A DNA stretch of 60,980 nucleotides from an uncultured virus (IMG/VR IMGVR_UViG_3300020049_012467) (taxonomy: Duplodnaviria > Heunggongvirae > Uroviricota > Caudoviricetes), in IMG/VR virus record IMGVR_UViG_3300020049_012467. One strand, written 5' to 3'. Below the pieces are notes generated by a model. The model was given only the letters and a program-made list of their open reading frames with translations, was not told where the DNA came from and did no database searches. This document shows positions 19,175 to 30,500 of the stretch, in pieces. Position 1 is the first letter of the stretch. Each line of letters opens with the position of its first letter. Position numbers and translations under genes: made by a program.

Positions 19175-20398
19175 GTGGTCACTCAACAGCAATTCGCCCG
19201 TCGCGCCAAGATACGAGCCAAGGTCAGGTCGGTCGAGTGTCCCGAGTGTGGCGCTGCGCCCGGCGAACACTGCCGAGGCAAGACGAAAAATATCGAGCGC
19301 TGCCACCGCCAACGTCATCACCATTTGCAACAAGTCAAAGTCACGGAAGCTGCAACCGCAGAGAATGAGGAAGTCATGACTGCCACCGCCATCGATCCCA
19401 GCAACGACTGGTCACTGAAGTACAGACCGACAAGCATGGCAGAGTTTGCTGCGCCGGAATATATTGCGCTTCACGTCGAGACAATCCTGAAGAAGCCGCC
19501 CAACTCAATTCTCATCGACGGAGAATTCGGAAACGGCAAGACGACGCTCGCGCGCATCATTGCTCACAGCATGACGGATCACGCGTCCGACATTATGGAA
19601 ATGAACGCGGCCAGCGACACCGGCATCGACAACGTGAGAAATATTGTCAAGACGGCTGCGTTCCGTCCCAAAGGCAAGCGCCGCATCTTCATCATCGATG
19701 AAGCGCACGGCCTCACGCATCAGGCCATCAACGCTCTGCTCAAACCTGTGGAAGAACCGCCGGGACAAGTGACGTGGATTTTTTGCTCGTCTGAAAGCAG
19801 CAAGATCAACCGCGCCCTCATTACGCGCGCACGTTCCATTACGCTGCCCGCTCCGGACAAGAAAGCCGTTCGCTCGCGTCTGGTCGCGATTGGCATGGCT
19901 GAAGGCGTCACAAAATATCCAGCCATCGCCAGCATGGACAAGGCTGACCGCAAAGCCGTGGTTGTTGCAATGGCTGCGCTCGCTTCACGCGCTCAAGGCT
20001 TCCGCTCTGCCGTCAACAGTTTCCAGACGCTTGCCGACATTGTGTCGTCAATGAAAAAATCCAAGCAGTCTGCCGTTCTCGCCACACTCAAGGAAGCTGG
20101 CGAGACGATGAAGGCGTTTGGCGATGCGTCGGGCGCCGATCTGATCAAGCTGGTCAACACTGACATGCTGGCGGCGGCGTCGCAGTTGTTGCGTTCACGC
20201 GGGCTGGACACGTTCAACCAGATTTATTTCGCCGCTCGCGACTCCATTCAGGACGGCCACAAGAGCGCAAAGGCTGCAATGCTCATGCGCTGGTGTCTTG
20301 AAGCCCAGCATTGGGCCGCTACATCGAACGGCGATCCATCAGTCTATCTCGCATCCAAATTCGCCAGCTACACGCTTGAAGTCAACAAGAAGAAATAA
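19175..20398 (+). CDS. Clamp-loader ATPase (DnaX/RFC-like) with in-frame N-terminal Zn finger
   Basis: KYRP, GEFGNGKTT, EMNAASDTGID, IIDEAH, ALLKPVEEPP; second start with RBS at 19376. Confidence 0.9.
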   Translation: MVTQQQFARRAKIRAKVRSVECPECGAAPGEHCRGKTKNIERCHRQRHHHLQQVKVTEAATAENEEVMTATAIDPSNDWSLKYRPTSMAEFAAPEYIALHVETILKKPPNSILIDGEFGNGKTTLARIIAHSMTDHASDIMEMNAASDTGIDNVRNIVKTAAFRPKGKRRIFIIDEAHGLTHQAINALLKPVEEPPGQVTWIFCSSESSKINRALITRARSITLPAPDKKAVRSRLVAIGMAEGVTKYPAIASMDKADRKAVVVAMAALASRAQGFRSAVNSFQTLADIVSSMKKSKQSAVLATLKEAGETMKAFGDASGADLIKLVNTDMLAAASQLLRSRGLDTFNQIYFAARDSIQDGHKSAKAAMLMRWCLEAQHWAATSNGDPSVYLASKFASYTLEVNKKK

Positions 20399-20412
20399 TC
20401 AGGAGAACTCCC

Positions 20413-21036
20413 ATGCTCAAACGCGCAGCCCTTTTCGTCGATTGCGATTTCGTCCGTGGTTACCTCGGAGACGAAGGCAAGCAGATGGACTACGAACGCC
20501 TCATGCATTCCGACATTACGCCGCTGGTGCAGCGTAGCCCGATTGCACAATTTTTTCCTGACGGCTTCGGCAAGCACTACGGCGCCAACGCCTTCCTGTC
20601 GCGTCCTCTTGGTTCCGGCGGACTGACGCTGGAAAACTTTGTTGCGCGCATTTCCGGCTTTGGCTGGCGCGTGGTCAACTATCGCATCAACAAGATGGCC
20701 GACGACAAGGCAATGCCCGCCGTCATGATGTCAATGTACGCGGGCTATCTGACTGACATGCCCAACGACATGCGTCCGCTGATTATTTTCATCACGTCGG
20801 ACCGTGCAATCCTGCCCTACATTGATGCGACGGGCCGCGCCGACATTATGCTGGTCGGTCCGGACCATTGGGCAGACGACATGCTGGTCAAGCAGACAGT
20901 CGCGTTTGTGCCAATGTCGCAGTTCTGCGAAGCGCTGCCGCACGTCATTTCCATGCGCGGCCGCAACGTGGAAGAAAAAATTGCCGAAGAGTTTACAGTC
21001 AGGCAGGATGGTATCGGGGCGCAAGACGAAGGATGA
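20413..21036 (+). CDS. NYN/LabA-like (PIN-fold) protein, divergent
   Basis: ALFVDCDFV ... IIFITSDRAILPYI ... LVG ... L..FVP layout. Confidence 0.55.
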   Translation: MLKRAALFVDCDFVRGYLGDEGKQMDYERLMHSDITPLVQRSPIAQFFPDGFGKHYGANAFLSRPLGSGGLTLENFVARISGFGWRVVNYRINKMADDKAMPAVMMSMYAGYLTDMPNDMRPLIIFITSDRAILPYIDATGRADIMLVGPDHWADDMLVKQTVAFVPMSQFCEALPHVISMRGRNVEEKIAEEFTVRQDGIGAQDEG

Positions 21037-23309
21037 TAAGCGCAAAGGCTGTCGAAGCGAATAATTTCGTCACGTACGACCACGCCCGGTTCGAGTTCAA
21101 GCCGGGCGTGTCAGTCATTCGCGGCCAAAACCGTTCCGGCAAGTCTCTCTTGTTTGCGGGAATTCCAAACCTGCGCTTCGGTTCGCCAATCATGGCGACC
21201 GGGCGCGGCGGCGGGACAATGTTCACGCGACCCAACGGCTCATTCCAGTTTGAGTTCGATCACGGCAAGACGCCAGTGGTCATCCGGCAGTTTGTCGGCA
21301 AGGGCAAGACTGCAAAATATTCCATCAGCATTGACGGCAAGGATCAGGAAGTCGACACGCAGAAGGCGGCGTTTGCCTTGATGGCTGAATGGCTGCCGGG
21401 AACTGAGGACTTATTTTCCACGACAGTCTATCTCACTGCGCTCAAGGCAAACCCGATGCAGGGCGGTTCCGGCGCGCAGCGCATGGAATACCTCGAAAAG
21501 CTGTTCGACATGGCGAGCGTCGATACGCTGAGAGAAAAAATCAAGACGATGCTAGAGAAATCCAAGCGCGCCATGGTTGAACTCGAAGCGCTCAAGGCAG
21601 AGTACGAAGCCATCGAAAAGCCTGATCCGCGTCTGGATCGCATGGCGCGCTACCTCAAGCACGCAATTGAAGACGGCGAAGTCTATCTGGACTACCGCGA
21701 CCGCCTCAAGCGCCGTGAAAGCGAAGCACGCACGTTGCGCGAGGGTTTGAATTTTTCCTCTGCGCACCCAAAGCGTCTCAAGACAATGAAGAAGCAGGCG
21801 GAAGCTGAACTGGTTTCCGTCTACAAGAAACTCGAACGGCTCAAGGCTGCACAACGCGCCTCGCACGACGCTGCTGTTGTCCGCAAGCAGGTTGCCCAAC
21901 TCAATCGTCGGCGCGCCGACGCCGCCAAGCATCTGAAGGCGCTCGCCGCCAAGCACGGGCACGAAATATTTCATGAACTGGACCGTGAGGGCCTAGACAG
22001 TCACCAGCTAGACCTGATGAAGCTGTCCAACCTGCTGACGGAAATCAAAGGTCACCGCCGCAACTACGTCAAGCTCAGGAAAATTATCGCGCGGTTCGAT
22101 GCACGGCAGGCAAAGACACCGCGCCGTATCCGCCGTTTCATCAAGCAGGCTGATGCATCCGTCACGCGCCTTGCGCCATACGTGAAGCTCATTGAGCACC
22201 TTCACGAGCACGACTCTGGCTCCTGTCCGACATGCATGCGTAATTTTTCCAAGGACGAACTCAAGGCCAATATCGACCTGATGGAAGAATACCGCATGGC
22301 GAAACGCGTCCTGCGCGCCATTGAAGCGCCGGTTGGCCTGCAATACGCCGCCGATGACCCGCCAAGCGTTGACACTGTGCGCAAACTCAAGGCTGACGTG
22401 CAGGCGCTAGAAAAGAAAATATCTGCACTCAGGGTCTACCTGTCGTTCGACGAGATTGTGCGTAGCTGCGAAGAAGAACTTCTCGCGCTCGGTCCTGTGA
22501 CGGATGCTGAAGAAGTCGACCATGAGCAGGACATTGCGCAGCTTTCCGCCGTGGCCCAAGGCGTAAAGGATCGCCTGTCGCGCATCAACGACGATCTGGA
22601 CACGCATAGAAAAATTCGCAACGTCATGAAGCAGGTTGATCCGCCGCCGCCGTCGCCAATGACACACGGCGCAATGCAGCGGGCGCTCGTCATGCACGGA
22701 GCCATTGACCAGAAGGCCGACCGCGCCCGCCGGGATCGCTCGCGCCGTCTGGAAATCGAAGACCGGATGAAAAAACTCGCGCGGCTTGTCGAGCACGACG
22801 ACGTTCTGTCTGCGCTGTACGCCGCCTACGGTCCGCGCGGGCTTCGCGTCAACCAGATGGCCGACATGGCAGACTTGCTGGAAGGCTCGTTCAACGATCA
22901 CGCCAGACAATTTTTCCCTGAGAGCATGTACTTTCAGTTCGATGTGGCGCCGTCGCGTGTGGACGTGCAGGTTCAGCGCAATTCCCTTTCGGGAGCGGCG
23001 TCTCTCATGTCTGGATCGGAAAGCCGGTTGTTCCAGTTGCTCTGCATGGCGAGCGTCATGGAGTACCTTCCGAAAAAATTCCGCTGGGATACCGTCATTC
23101 TGGACGAGATTGAAAGCAACATGGAAGACGTGACGCGTTCCTTCCTCGTCGAGAAATGCCTGCCGCATATTATTTCCGCTGTGGACAAGGTAAACATCAT
23201 TACACCGCTGAGCGAAGACGAGTTCTTCATTGGCGGCGGCGAAGGGTACGACGTTCACGAGTACCGCGTCACAAAGGCCAGAGGCCGGTCCAGCATTGGT
23301 GCAGTGTGA
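21033..23309 (+). CDS. Rad50/SbcC-like SMC ATPase
   Basis: GQNRSGKS Walker A, coiled coil with CPTC zinc hook, MSGSE signature, ILDE Walker B. Confidence 0.9.
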   Translation: MISAKAVEANNFVTYDHARFEFKPGVSVIRGQNRSGKSLLFAGIPNLRFGSPIMATGRGGGTMFTRPNGSFQFEFDHGKTPVVIRQFVGKGKTAKYSISIDGKDQEVDTQKAAFALMAEWLPGTEDLFSTTVYLTALKANPMQGGSGAQRMEYLEKLFDMASVDTLREKIKTMLEKSKRAMVELEALKAEYEAIEKPDPRLDRMARYLKHAIEDGEVYLDYRDRLKRRESEARTLREGLNFSSAHPKRLKTMKKQAEAELVSVYKKLERLKAAQRASHDAAVVRKQVAQLNRRRADAAKHLKALAAKHGHEIFHELDREGLDSHQLDLMKLSNLLTEIKGHRRNYVKLRKIIARFDARQAKTPRRIRRFIKQADASVTRLAPYVKLIEHLHEHDSGSCPTCMRNFSKDELKANIDLMEEYRMAKRVLRAIEAPVGLQYAADDPPSVDTVRKLKADVQALEKKISALRVYLSFDEIVRSCEEELLALGPVTDAEEVDHEQDIAQLSAVAQGVKDRLSRINDDLDTHRKIRNVMKQVDPPPPSPMTHGAMQRALVMHGAIDQKADRARRDRSRRLEIEDRMKKLARLVEHDDVLSALYAAYGPRGLRVNQMADMADLLEGSFNDHARQFFPESMYFQFDVAPSRVDVQVQRNSLSGAASLMSGSESRLFQLLCMASVMEYLPKKFRWDTVILDEIESNMEDVTRSFLVEKCLPHIISAVDKVNIITPLSEDEFFIGGGEGYDVHEYRVTKARGRSSIGAV

Positions 23310-23864
23310 ATGAGCGAGAAAAAATATCCTCTGATTCGCTACTACGAACCAATGTGGTGCGACGAGAGCAGCTATAAGCCCTGCTACTACCAGCTTGCAG
23401 TCGAGAATGACTTTCTGCGCCCAATCATCCAGACGCCAGACTACGACACGTGGAAGGGCGATTGGGTCGTGCTGGAAGAAGTGCGCCCGGAGGGCTGGAC
23501 CTACCTCATCCAGCGCCAAGACCCGCCGCTTGGATATTTTTACGTCATGTTCATCGAGTCGGACGCAAGCGCTCCGCTTGATCCGTCGCAGGTTGTGTTC
23601 GAAACCTTCTTGGCTGCCGCGCCGTCGCCGGGCCACTTGCTCAACATCGATGGAAAATTTTACGACATTACCGACTGCACGTGGACTATAGAGCCCGATT
23701 GGGTCGGCACGACTGCTGAATGCTACCTCATGGTGGAAGTCGTCATGATTGGTGACGCAGAGAAGATGATGCTGCACCAGAAGGAAAACGATGCGGTACT
23801 TGAGCGGCGCAAGAGCTTTGTCGTTCACGACTTTGAAAAGAAAAATCCAGAGGACGCTGAATGA
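23310..23864 (+). CDS. Hypothetical protein
   Basis: Packed ORF. Confidence 0.65.
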   Translation: MSEKKYPLIRYYEPMWCDESSYKPCYYQLAVENDFLRPIIQTPDYDTWKGDWVVLEEVRPEGWTYLIQRQDPPLGYFYVMFIESDASAPLDPSQVVFETFLAAAPSPGHLLNIDGKFYDITDCTWTIEPDWVGTTAECYLMVEVVMIGDAEKMMLHQKENDAVLERRKSFVVHDFEKKNPEDAE

Positions 23865-24571
23865 TTATCACAGTCGGAATGCACTCCATCCCGAACATTG
23901 TGGACACTATGCACGATCTGGACATGCCGCCGCTGCCGTCGGCGGTGGCGATTGTGCCGACCATGCGCGACCTTCCCAAATACGCCCGTACGCATGATCA
24001 CTTCATTATTTTCGACACGCCGTTCCGCCTGATCCGCATCGAGAATGCGTACCCGCTGGACTTTCATGTCGTGTGGGGCGCGCGGCCAATCGAGTTCAAG
24101 CGCAAGATTCCAGTGTGGAACATGCTTCGTACGTTCCGCGTTGCGAGCCCCGTCATTCCAGTCATATCGCAATCGTTCACGACTGAAGACGTGGTGGCGC
24201 AAATAATCGAGAAGCAGCGCACCAACGATGTGATCGACAAGATCAACCGTCTCAAGGATCACCTGACGACTGCGCGCATGGATCGCGTCGTGTCTACATT
24301 CGCCCGCCACATGGCGCAAAAAATTCCGTATGCTGAACTGGAGAAGGTTTTCGACGTGTCGTGCAAAGGCGTCGATGCAGAGTGCAGAACCATTGCTGAT
24401 GAAATCCTGAAATGGACGGTAACGCCCGCCGCTGATCGCCTAATCCGTGCAATGAGGGAAACACGCGGTCGCAAATGGCGTAGCTCCTACGAAGTCGTCG
24501 CCAAGCAGAACAACGTGCGCCCCTTTGAGTTGGGGTTTTTTCTAGTGGCTTTAGAAAGGTCCGAGAAATGA
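23861..24571 (+). CDS. Hypothetical protein
   Basis: ATGA overlap, GAGG RBS. Confidence 0.7.
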   Translation: MIITVGMHSIPNIVDTMHDLDMPPLPSAVAIVPTMRDLPKYARTHDHFIIFDTPFRLIRIENAYPLDFHVVWGARPIEFKRKIPVWNMLRTFRVASPVIPVISQSFTTEDVVAQIIEKQRTNDVIDKINRLKDHLTTARMDRVVSTFARHMAQKIPYAELEKVFDVSCKGVDAECRTIADEILKWTVTPAADRLIRAMRETRGRKWRSSYEVVAKQNNVRPFELGFFLVALERSEK

Positions 24572-25026
24572 GCAGCACGAACCTCGTACGCGCATCCACC
24601 AGCAACACAAAGAGATATTTCTACGCTCTTGAGGATAAGGTGTGGCGCCGTATCGACTTTATGGCCTACAGGGCAGGCGACCGTCTCATGTTCATCGAGA
24701 ATGGCAAGCGCTCCAACGTGTTCACTGTTCGCAATGCTCCGACCTTTCACCCGGCTTACGGTCCTGTCGTGGAAGCCCTGCCCAATTACCGTATGCAAGA
24801 AACTGTCATGCTGGGCGAAGTGCGTGAAAAAATTCGTCACGCAGACGGCGTGTCGCCAGTCTACATCACTGTGGGCGAAAAGGTGCTCACTGTGTCCGGG
24901 CTGTTCATTGGCGACAAGGGCGAAGTCATGATCCAGACCCGCGAGGAAAAGAATTCGTCTTTCGAACTGTCCGACGACGTTCCCCTTGCAGAGGCTATGG
25001 AAAATAATTTGGCGGCTGTTGGGTAA
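24568..25026 (+). CDS. Hypothetical protein
   Basis: ATGA overlap. Confidence 0.65.
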   Translation: MSSTNLVRASTSNTKRYFYALEDKVWRRIDFMAYRAGDRLMFIENGKRSNVFTVRNAPTFHPAYGPVVEALPNYRMQETVMLGEVREKIRHADGVSPVYITVGEKVLTVSGLFIGDKGEVMIQTREEKNSSFELSDDVPLAEAMENNLAAVG

Positions 25027-25060
25027 AATATAACAATCATCCGCTAATGGGATTTGCAGT

Positions 25061-25184
25061 GCAAGTTTGACCCCTCAATGCTTGCCTGTTTCTTCCCTGA
25101 CGCCATCGGGTTTTGCAACGTCTAGTTCCCGACCCGGTGGCATACCTCAGACCCGGCGGGCTTAATTGTCCGCCGGGCTTTTTT
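25061..25184 (+). ncRNA. Candidate small RNA: two hairpins plus terminator
   Basis: GCAAGTTTGA-CCCC-TCAATGCTTGC; GCCATCGGG...CCCGGTGGC; CCCGGCGG...CCGCCGGG-T6. Confidence 0.4.
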
Positions 25185-25252
25185 ATTACCTAACCTATTG
25201 GCAGATCGTCCAGCACTTAGCCGCGTGTTTCACCGCGCCATTGGGGAATTCA

Positions 25253-27550
25253 ATGACCAAGAAAAATATCGAGCGTGAAGAAGAACTCGCGCTGCGCCGC
25301 TCCAAATCAGGAGGCGCGAAACTCAAGCCTGCTGAAATGGATGCGCGCAAGGCCATCATTTTGATGAAGCGGGCGCTCGAAAGTGGCAAGGTCATTCCCG
25401 GCGTCAAGTTCACCAAGGAAGGTGTTCACGTCGAAAGCAGCAAGCACAGTCGCGGTATCCGCGAGGCTCGTTCCAACAAGCGCGGAAAATATGATCGTCG
25501 TGACAAGAACATGATGGGAGGCGGAAAGTCCATCAGCGTCATGACGAACTGGTTCAAGTACAAGAAAATCGATCTTCACGTCACGGTCGCTTTCCACTAC
25601 GGCACAAACAACTACTACAGCGGCGGCGCGGGTCACAGCTTTACCTCAAAGAAAAAATGGCCAATGTATCGCATCTACGTTGGCGGCAGAAATTCATGGG
25701 GTCAGTCCAACTTTGCTCCAGTGCCCAAGGAATTCGATCCAAAGGCAATGCTGGAAAATATCAAGAAGACTATGGACAACGCAATCAAGCAAACGGCGTT
25801 GGTCAACCAGCGCAACGCCGCCGCTGAAAAGCTTCGCAACATGGGTGGCAATACTGAGCTTTCAGCCATAGACCGCCTCGAAGAACTCGCGGCCAAAGGC
25901 GGCGCCAAACAGCCGCGCAAGGCTGCGCTGGAATATGGCGGCGTCATCAAGAATATTTTCCAGCCTACCAAGGCTCCGGCAATCATGAAGCGAATGCTTA
26001 CCTTCATGACGCCGCTGTCGCAGGACAAGCTTTTCTCGCTCATTCGCGCCATGGCGAAGAATGAAACGCTGAAGAAGACGCGCAAGCTGTCGTCCAAAGC
26101 TTCCATGGATGCAATCCATATCCAGACGCGCACAAACATTCTGTTCATGATTGCCGCCAGCGAAGCAGGCTTCCTGCCGCCGCTCAAGCTGCACATGATG
26201 CTGCGCTATCTGAAAAAAATCCACGTCCTTGACTTCAAGCCTATCTGGACTTCGATCAAGGGAGACATTCGCATTCCGACCAACTCCAAGCTGCATCCAC
26301 AGCCGGGATATTTCGGAATGGACTCGCGTCAATTCAAACGCTTCTTTGGCGCAAAGGTCGCCGCCAAGAAACGCGCAACGACGCCAGCGCAGAAAGCCGC
26401 CTTGAAGAAGGGTCAGGAAAAATTGGCGTCCATGCCTCCGGAAGCAAAGGTGCGCAAGCCTGCCGCAGAGCGTGGTCCGCTCAAGCAATCGCTGCGTGAA
26501 ATGCAGGACGCAGAAGCACGCAAGGGCGCTGCGGCTTGGCAAGGCAAGCTCAAGGAAGCCATGGGAGCAAACCCGGAAGCCGTCGCAAAGTGGACGAAGT
26601 TCTTCGGTGACGTTCGCGACGGTAAGATCAATATTTCCAAAACTGAACCGTACATGGCTGCACGCAAGCAGTTCAACAACCAACTGACGCGCGGCGACGC
26701 AGTTGTAGTCCTGAAGCGCTTCTCTCCGCTTGACGACGGGAAGCGACACAAAGGCAACATGGGAATTTTCAACGCCATCTGGACGGTGCTGAAAGACTAT
26801 CTGGATTCCAAGCCGGTGCATCCCGCCGCCGAGCCGAAAGACGGCTCAGTGAGCCCGGTGCGCAGCAAGAACCTCAACCCGACCACGAACATTGGCGGCA
26901 TCAAAGAGAAAAAATTGCCCAAGGAACGTGAAGCGGTTGTGCCGTCACCGATGCAGCCGCCTCCGCCGCAGACCAATGAAATTTTCGAAGACAGGGACGC
27001 TGATCAAGACCTTGATGAAGATGGTGTCATTGATACGGCATCCGCCAAGGAAATCGAGACTGCCTTGGCGAAAGGACCGCCCGCGTTGCGCAAGATTGCC
27101 GTGCGGGCTCAAAAGCTTCGCGCCAAACACGGCGACAAGTACGACTTCCGCATCAACCGCAACAAGACGACCAAGAAATATTCCATCTACCGCCGTCCGA
27201 AAGGTCAGGCCGATGGACGCTGGGTTCTCATACCAGAGTCGGAAACCGCAGCCTACAACCCTTCCGACACTGACAAAGCAGCCCAAGCAACGCTACGGTA
27301 CAATAAAGAAAATATTGCAGCGATCCGGAAAGGAAAGCCAAAGAAGTGGGCGATCCGTGAAACGAAAACTTCGAAAGGCTGGATCGTCAAGGTCAAGCTG
27401 TTTGCCGACGTGAAAAGGAAGGGTGAAGCTGGTGGGTGGAAGCAGATATACCCGACCGCGCACACGCAGGTCTTTGGAGAAAAAGCCTCGACTGCTTCCG
27501 CCGTTGCAGATCGCATCAAGTCAGCCATGGCACAAGCGAAGAAAAAATGA
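25253..27550 (+). CDS. Large Lys-rich modular protein, putative internal virion protein
   Basis: Highly basic; E-x-A linker motifs; start MTKKNIE after GGGGA. Confidence 0.7.
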   Translation: MTKKNIEREEELALRRSKSGGAKLKPAEMDARKAIILMKRALESGKVIPGVKFTKEGVHVESSKHSRGIREARSNKRGKYDRRDKNMMGGGKSISVMTNWFKYKKIDLHVTVAFHYGTNNYYSGGAGHSFTSKKKWPMYRIYVGGRNSWGQSNFAPVPKEFDPKAMLENIKKTMDNAIKQTALVNQRNAAAEKLRNMGGNTELSAIDRLEELAAKGGAKQPRKAALEYGGVIKNIFQPTKAPAIMKRMLTFMTPLSQDKLFSLIRAMAKNETLKKTRKLSSKASMDAIHIQTRTNILFMIAASEAGFLPPLKLHMMLRYLKKIHVLDFKPIWTSIKGDIRIPTNSKLHPQPGYFGMDSRQFKRFFGAKVAAKKRATTPAQKAALKKGQEKLASMPPEAKVRKPAAERGPLKQSLREMQDAEARKGAAAWQGKLKEAMGANPEAVAKWTKFFGDVRDGKINISKTEPYMAARKQFNNQLTRGDAVVVLKRFSPLDDGKRHKGNMGIFNAIWTVLKDYLDSKPVHPAAEPKDGSVSPVRSKNLNPTTNIGGIKEKKLPKEREAVVPSPMQPPPPQTNEIFEDRDADQDLDEDGVIDTASAKEIETALAKGPPALRKIAVRAQKLRAKHGDKYDFRINRNKTTKKYSIYRRPKGQADGRWVLIPESETAAYNPSDTDKAAQATLRYNKENIAAIRKGKPKKWAIRETKTSKGWIVKVKLFADVKRKGEAGGWKQIYPTAHTQVFGEKASTASAVADRIKSAMAQAKKK

Positions 27551-30500
27551 TCAACTACGTCAAACTCGCTTCACGCTGTGAGCAACTCATGGGGACCGAA
27601 GGCTCTGCCTACGGCCTCATGGCGTATCTGCGCGAGGAACACGCGTCAGGCATCCAGAAAGACGAACTGGTCAGCAAGACGCTTCCGCTGCATCAGGCGT
27701 TGAAGCGCTTCTTTTCAGTCACCAGCCTCAAGGATCACCCGCGAGGTATGGACGTGTTCAAGAGTTATTTCATGGCCTATCTCGACAAGATTGGCGTCAA
27801 GCTGACTGAGCAGGCTTCAACTCTGGACGAAACGGAGGAACTGGCGCTCGACCCAACGCAAGAGGTACGTCAATTTTTTCGCAAGAGACGCGCTGAACTG
27901 ACACGCACCGCCCTGCGCCTTGCGCCGATGGGGTGGAAGCACACAAAGATGCAGGCGGTCGATCATCCGTTCGAGTCCAAGTTCTCGCGCCCGGTCGGCT
28001 CCAAGGGAAAGCGTATCTCTGTCTATGTCGTCTTTCTCAGGAAAGAAAATATCTGGCAGGCTACGGCCAGCACTGGCGAGTTCAAGCCGCACGACAAGGC
28101 CAACCACATTGTCGCCCGCAACGATAACCTTCTGCGCGCCATCAAGAACGCGGCTCTCAGCGTCAAGAAAAAATTCCTGACCAAGGCCAGCGCTGAAACG
28201 GCTTTCATCAAGGGCATGAAGCCTGCACAGGTCAAGGATCGCCGCAACGTCGTCGCGTTTGTAAAGTTCCTCGGCGCCCACGGCTACAAGCCCGTCAAGT
28301 TCAAGGCTGGCGACAAGCGCAAGCCGCGTCCTGACAATCGCGAAGGCCAGAAGGTCATCCAGTTGTTCGCCAAGGGGTACGAAGCCGCCAAGGTGCGCTC
28401 GTACGTGGAAATATTCTACGGCTCCAAACGCCCGACCTATGTCGTCACGGCGCATTCTCCGCGCGCCGACGCAAAGTCACACGTTCGCGCCATCCCCGCT
28501 ACCGAGGAAGCGCTCAAGCATTCCCTGCAAATAATCACCGACACCATTGAAGATTGCGCCGTCAAACACGGCAAAGCACACAAGGACACAGCAGCCATGA
28601 CAACTGAACGCGCCAAAGCAAACCTTGCCGCCCTCAAACGTGAACCGGAAGTCGCCGCACGCGGTGAAAAAATCATTGAGGAAAAGCACGGCCTCGTCGT
28701 CTATGTGGACACGACGATGGGCAAGGATGACGGCAACAACCTGTTTGTGCGCTTCAAGGGCAAGCCGGATTCCTCAAGCCTGCACGCCGCCGCCAACGAA
28801 GGCGAGATTGCCACTGGCGACGAATACAAAAAATTGAACAGCACGCAGGTCGCGTGGCTGTGGCGCATGATTGATCACCTGCAAGACGATGACGCGGAAG
28901 AAGCTTCCGTTGAAGAAGCGGCTGCAAAGAAGAAAGCAGGAAAAAAACCAAAGACTGACAACACGGCGTATCTGGCGTTTGCGCGCCCGGTGTGGGCTGC
29001 GTTCAAGAAAGTGAACGGTTCTGGTTTCCCGGCTGTGTCCAACGTCAAGGACGGCAAGGTCCACGTCGCGGTGCGCAATTCATCCATGGACACAGACGAT
29101 ATCAAGGCCATCATTCCAGCGGAAGTCTTTCAGTCTGTCGCGCATCTGAAAACGACTGACAGCGGCACGCATATTTTCGTGTGCAAGTTTGACAACGGCC
29201 TCGGTGGCAAAAGCGCCTTTGCGAAAAAGACCAAGGTCGCCGCGTCAGTCTCTACAGACGCCGACCGCGTTGCGCGCAACCTTGCAGCGTTGTCGGGTAA
29301 GCGTGCAGAAAAAAAGCCTGAGACGGCCGCAACCGATCGCACGGAGGAAGTTGCAGTCTTTGGACTGAAGAACCTCTTCCAGAAAAAGAAGATCAAGGAC
29401 ATTGGCGATCTCATCCCGCTGATGTACCGCAAGAGCGGTGTTCCGTTTCCGCTCCGCAGCCACGAGACGAATACCAACAAAACCACAAAGACCAACGTTG
29501 AAAATAAGCGCTACGTCAACGACCCGAAAAGCAACAAGCAGGTCAAGCATTCCGTCTCCGAGATTGAAGAAGACAAGCGCGAGACAAAATATGTCGCCCG
29601 TTGCCGTCTCGAAGACAGCAAGGATGGGGAAACCGTTTCGCTTCTCGCTTTCCACCCATTCGATCCGCGCTTCAAGAAATTCCGCGTCATTGTCGGCAAG
29701 AAAGCAGAGTTCAAAGGCGACCGCCGCATGGACATGCTGAACGAGGCCATCAACAAAAGCTGGACTCACGTCGAGGCGTTCATGAACAAGCGTCTCTCAA
29801 AGAAAAAATTCAAGAAGACGAAGCGCATCGAGGAAAACCGCGAAGAACGTTCGCTGGCGTCGACTGCTTCGGATCGCACAGAGGAAGTTGCTCTCATCGA
29901 TCCGATCAGTGCAATCAGTGGATCAATCTTTGCTGGCATGCTTATCGGAACTCTGGCAGTCAACCTTCTCGAAGAAGCGGACGCCAAGAAGCATCTGAAG
30001 AAAAATTACGGCGAGTGGCACAAGTATCGCTACAAAGGCAAGGTCGGTACGCTGTACTACAAGCTGGATCGCCCCCGCTCAGGCAAGGATGGAAGCTCTG
30101 GCGGATACGTCACGTTTGCCAACGCCGCCTCCGACGATGCAAAGTACATCAAAAAATACAGCATGTCGTGGAAGAACCCGCACATGCAGTTCATCACGCA
30201 CGCAAAGGATTTTTGCAGAGACGTAGTGCGCGACATGAAGCAAAAGGCCAACGATAAGAAGAAGGCACAGCGCCAAGCCGAGCGTAAGCGTATCGCCACG
30301 GCAAACCTCGCTGCGCTGAACGTCGAGCAAGCCGCGCGCAAGCCCGCCAAGAAGGCCGCGAAGAAGGTCGCTAAGAAGGTAGCAAAGAAAAAATCACCGG
30401 CTAAAGCTTCAGTCAAGAAGTCTGCAAAGGTCACGAAGGCAGCCGACGACTTTGAAATGTTTCCGCACCAGAAGGAAGCGATGAAGCAGATCAAAGCTTT

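Noticed and set aside
18525..19333. Short ORFs in the divergent intergenic region
   Set aside because: Mutually overlapping, atypical composition, no convincing RBS; only the Zn-finger start at 19175 was kept.
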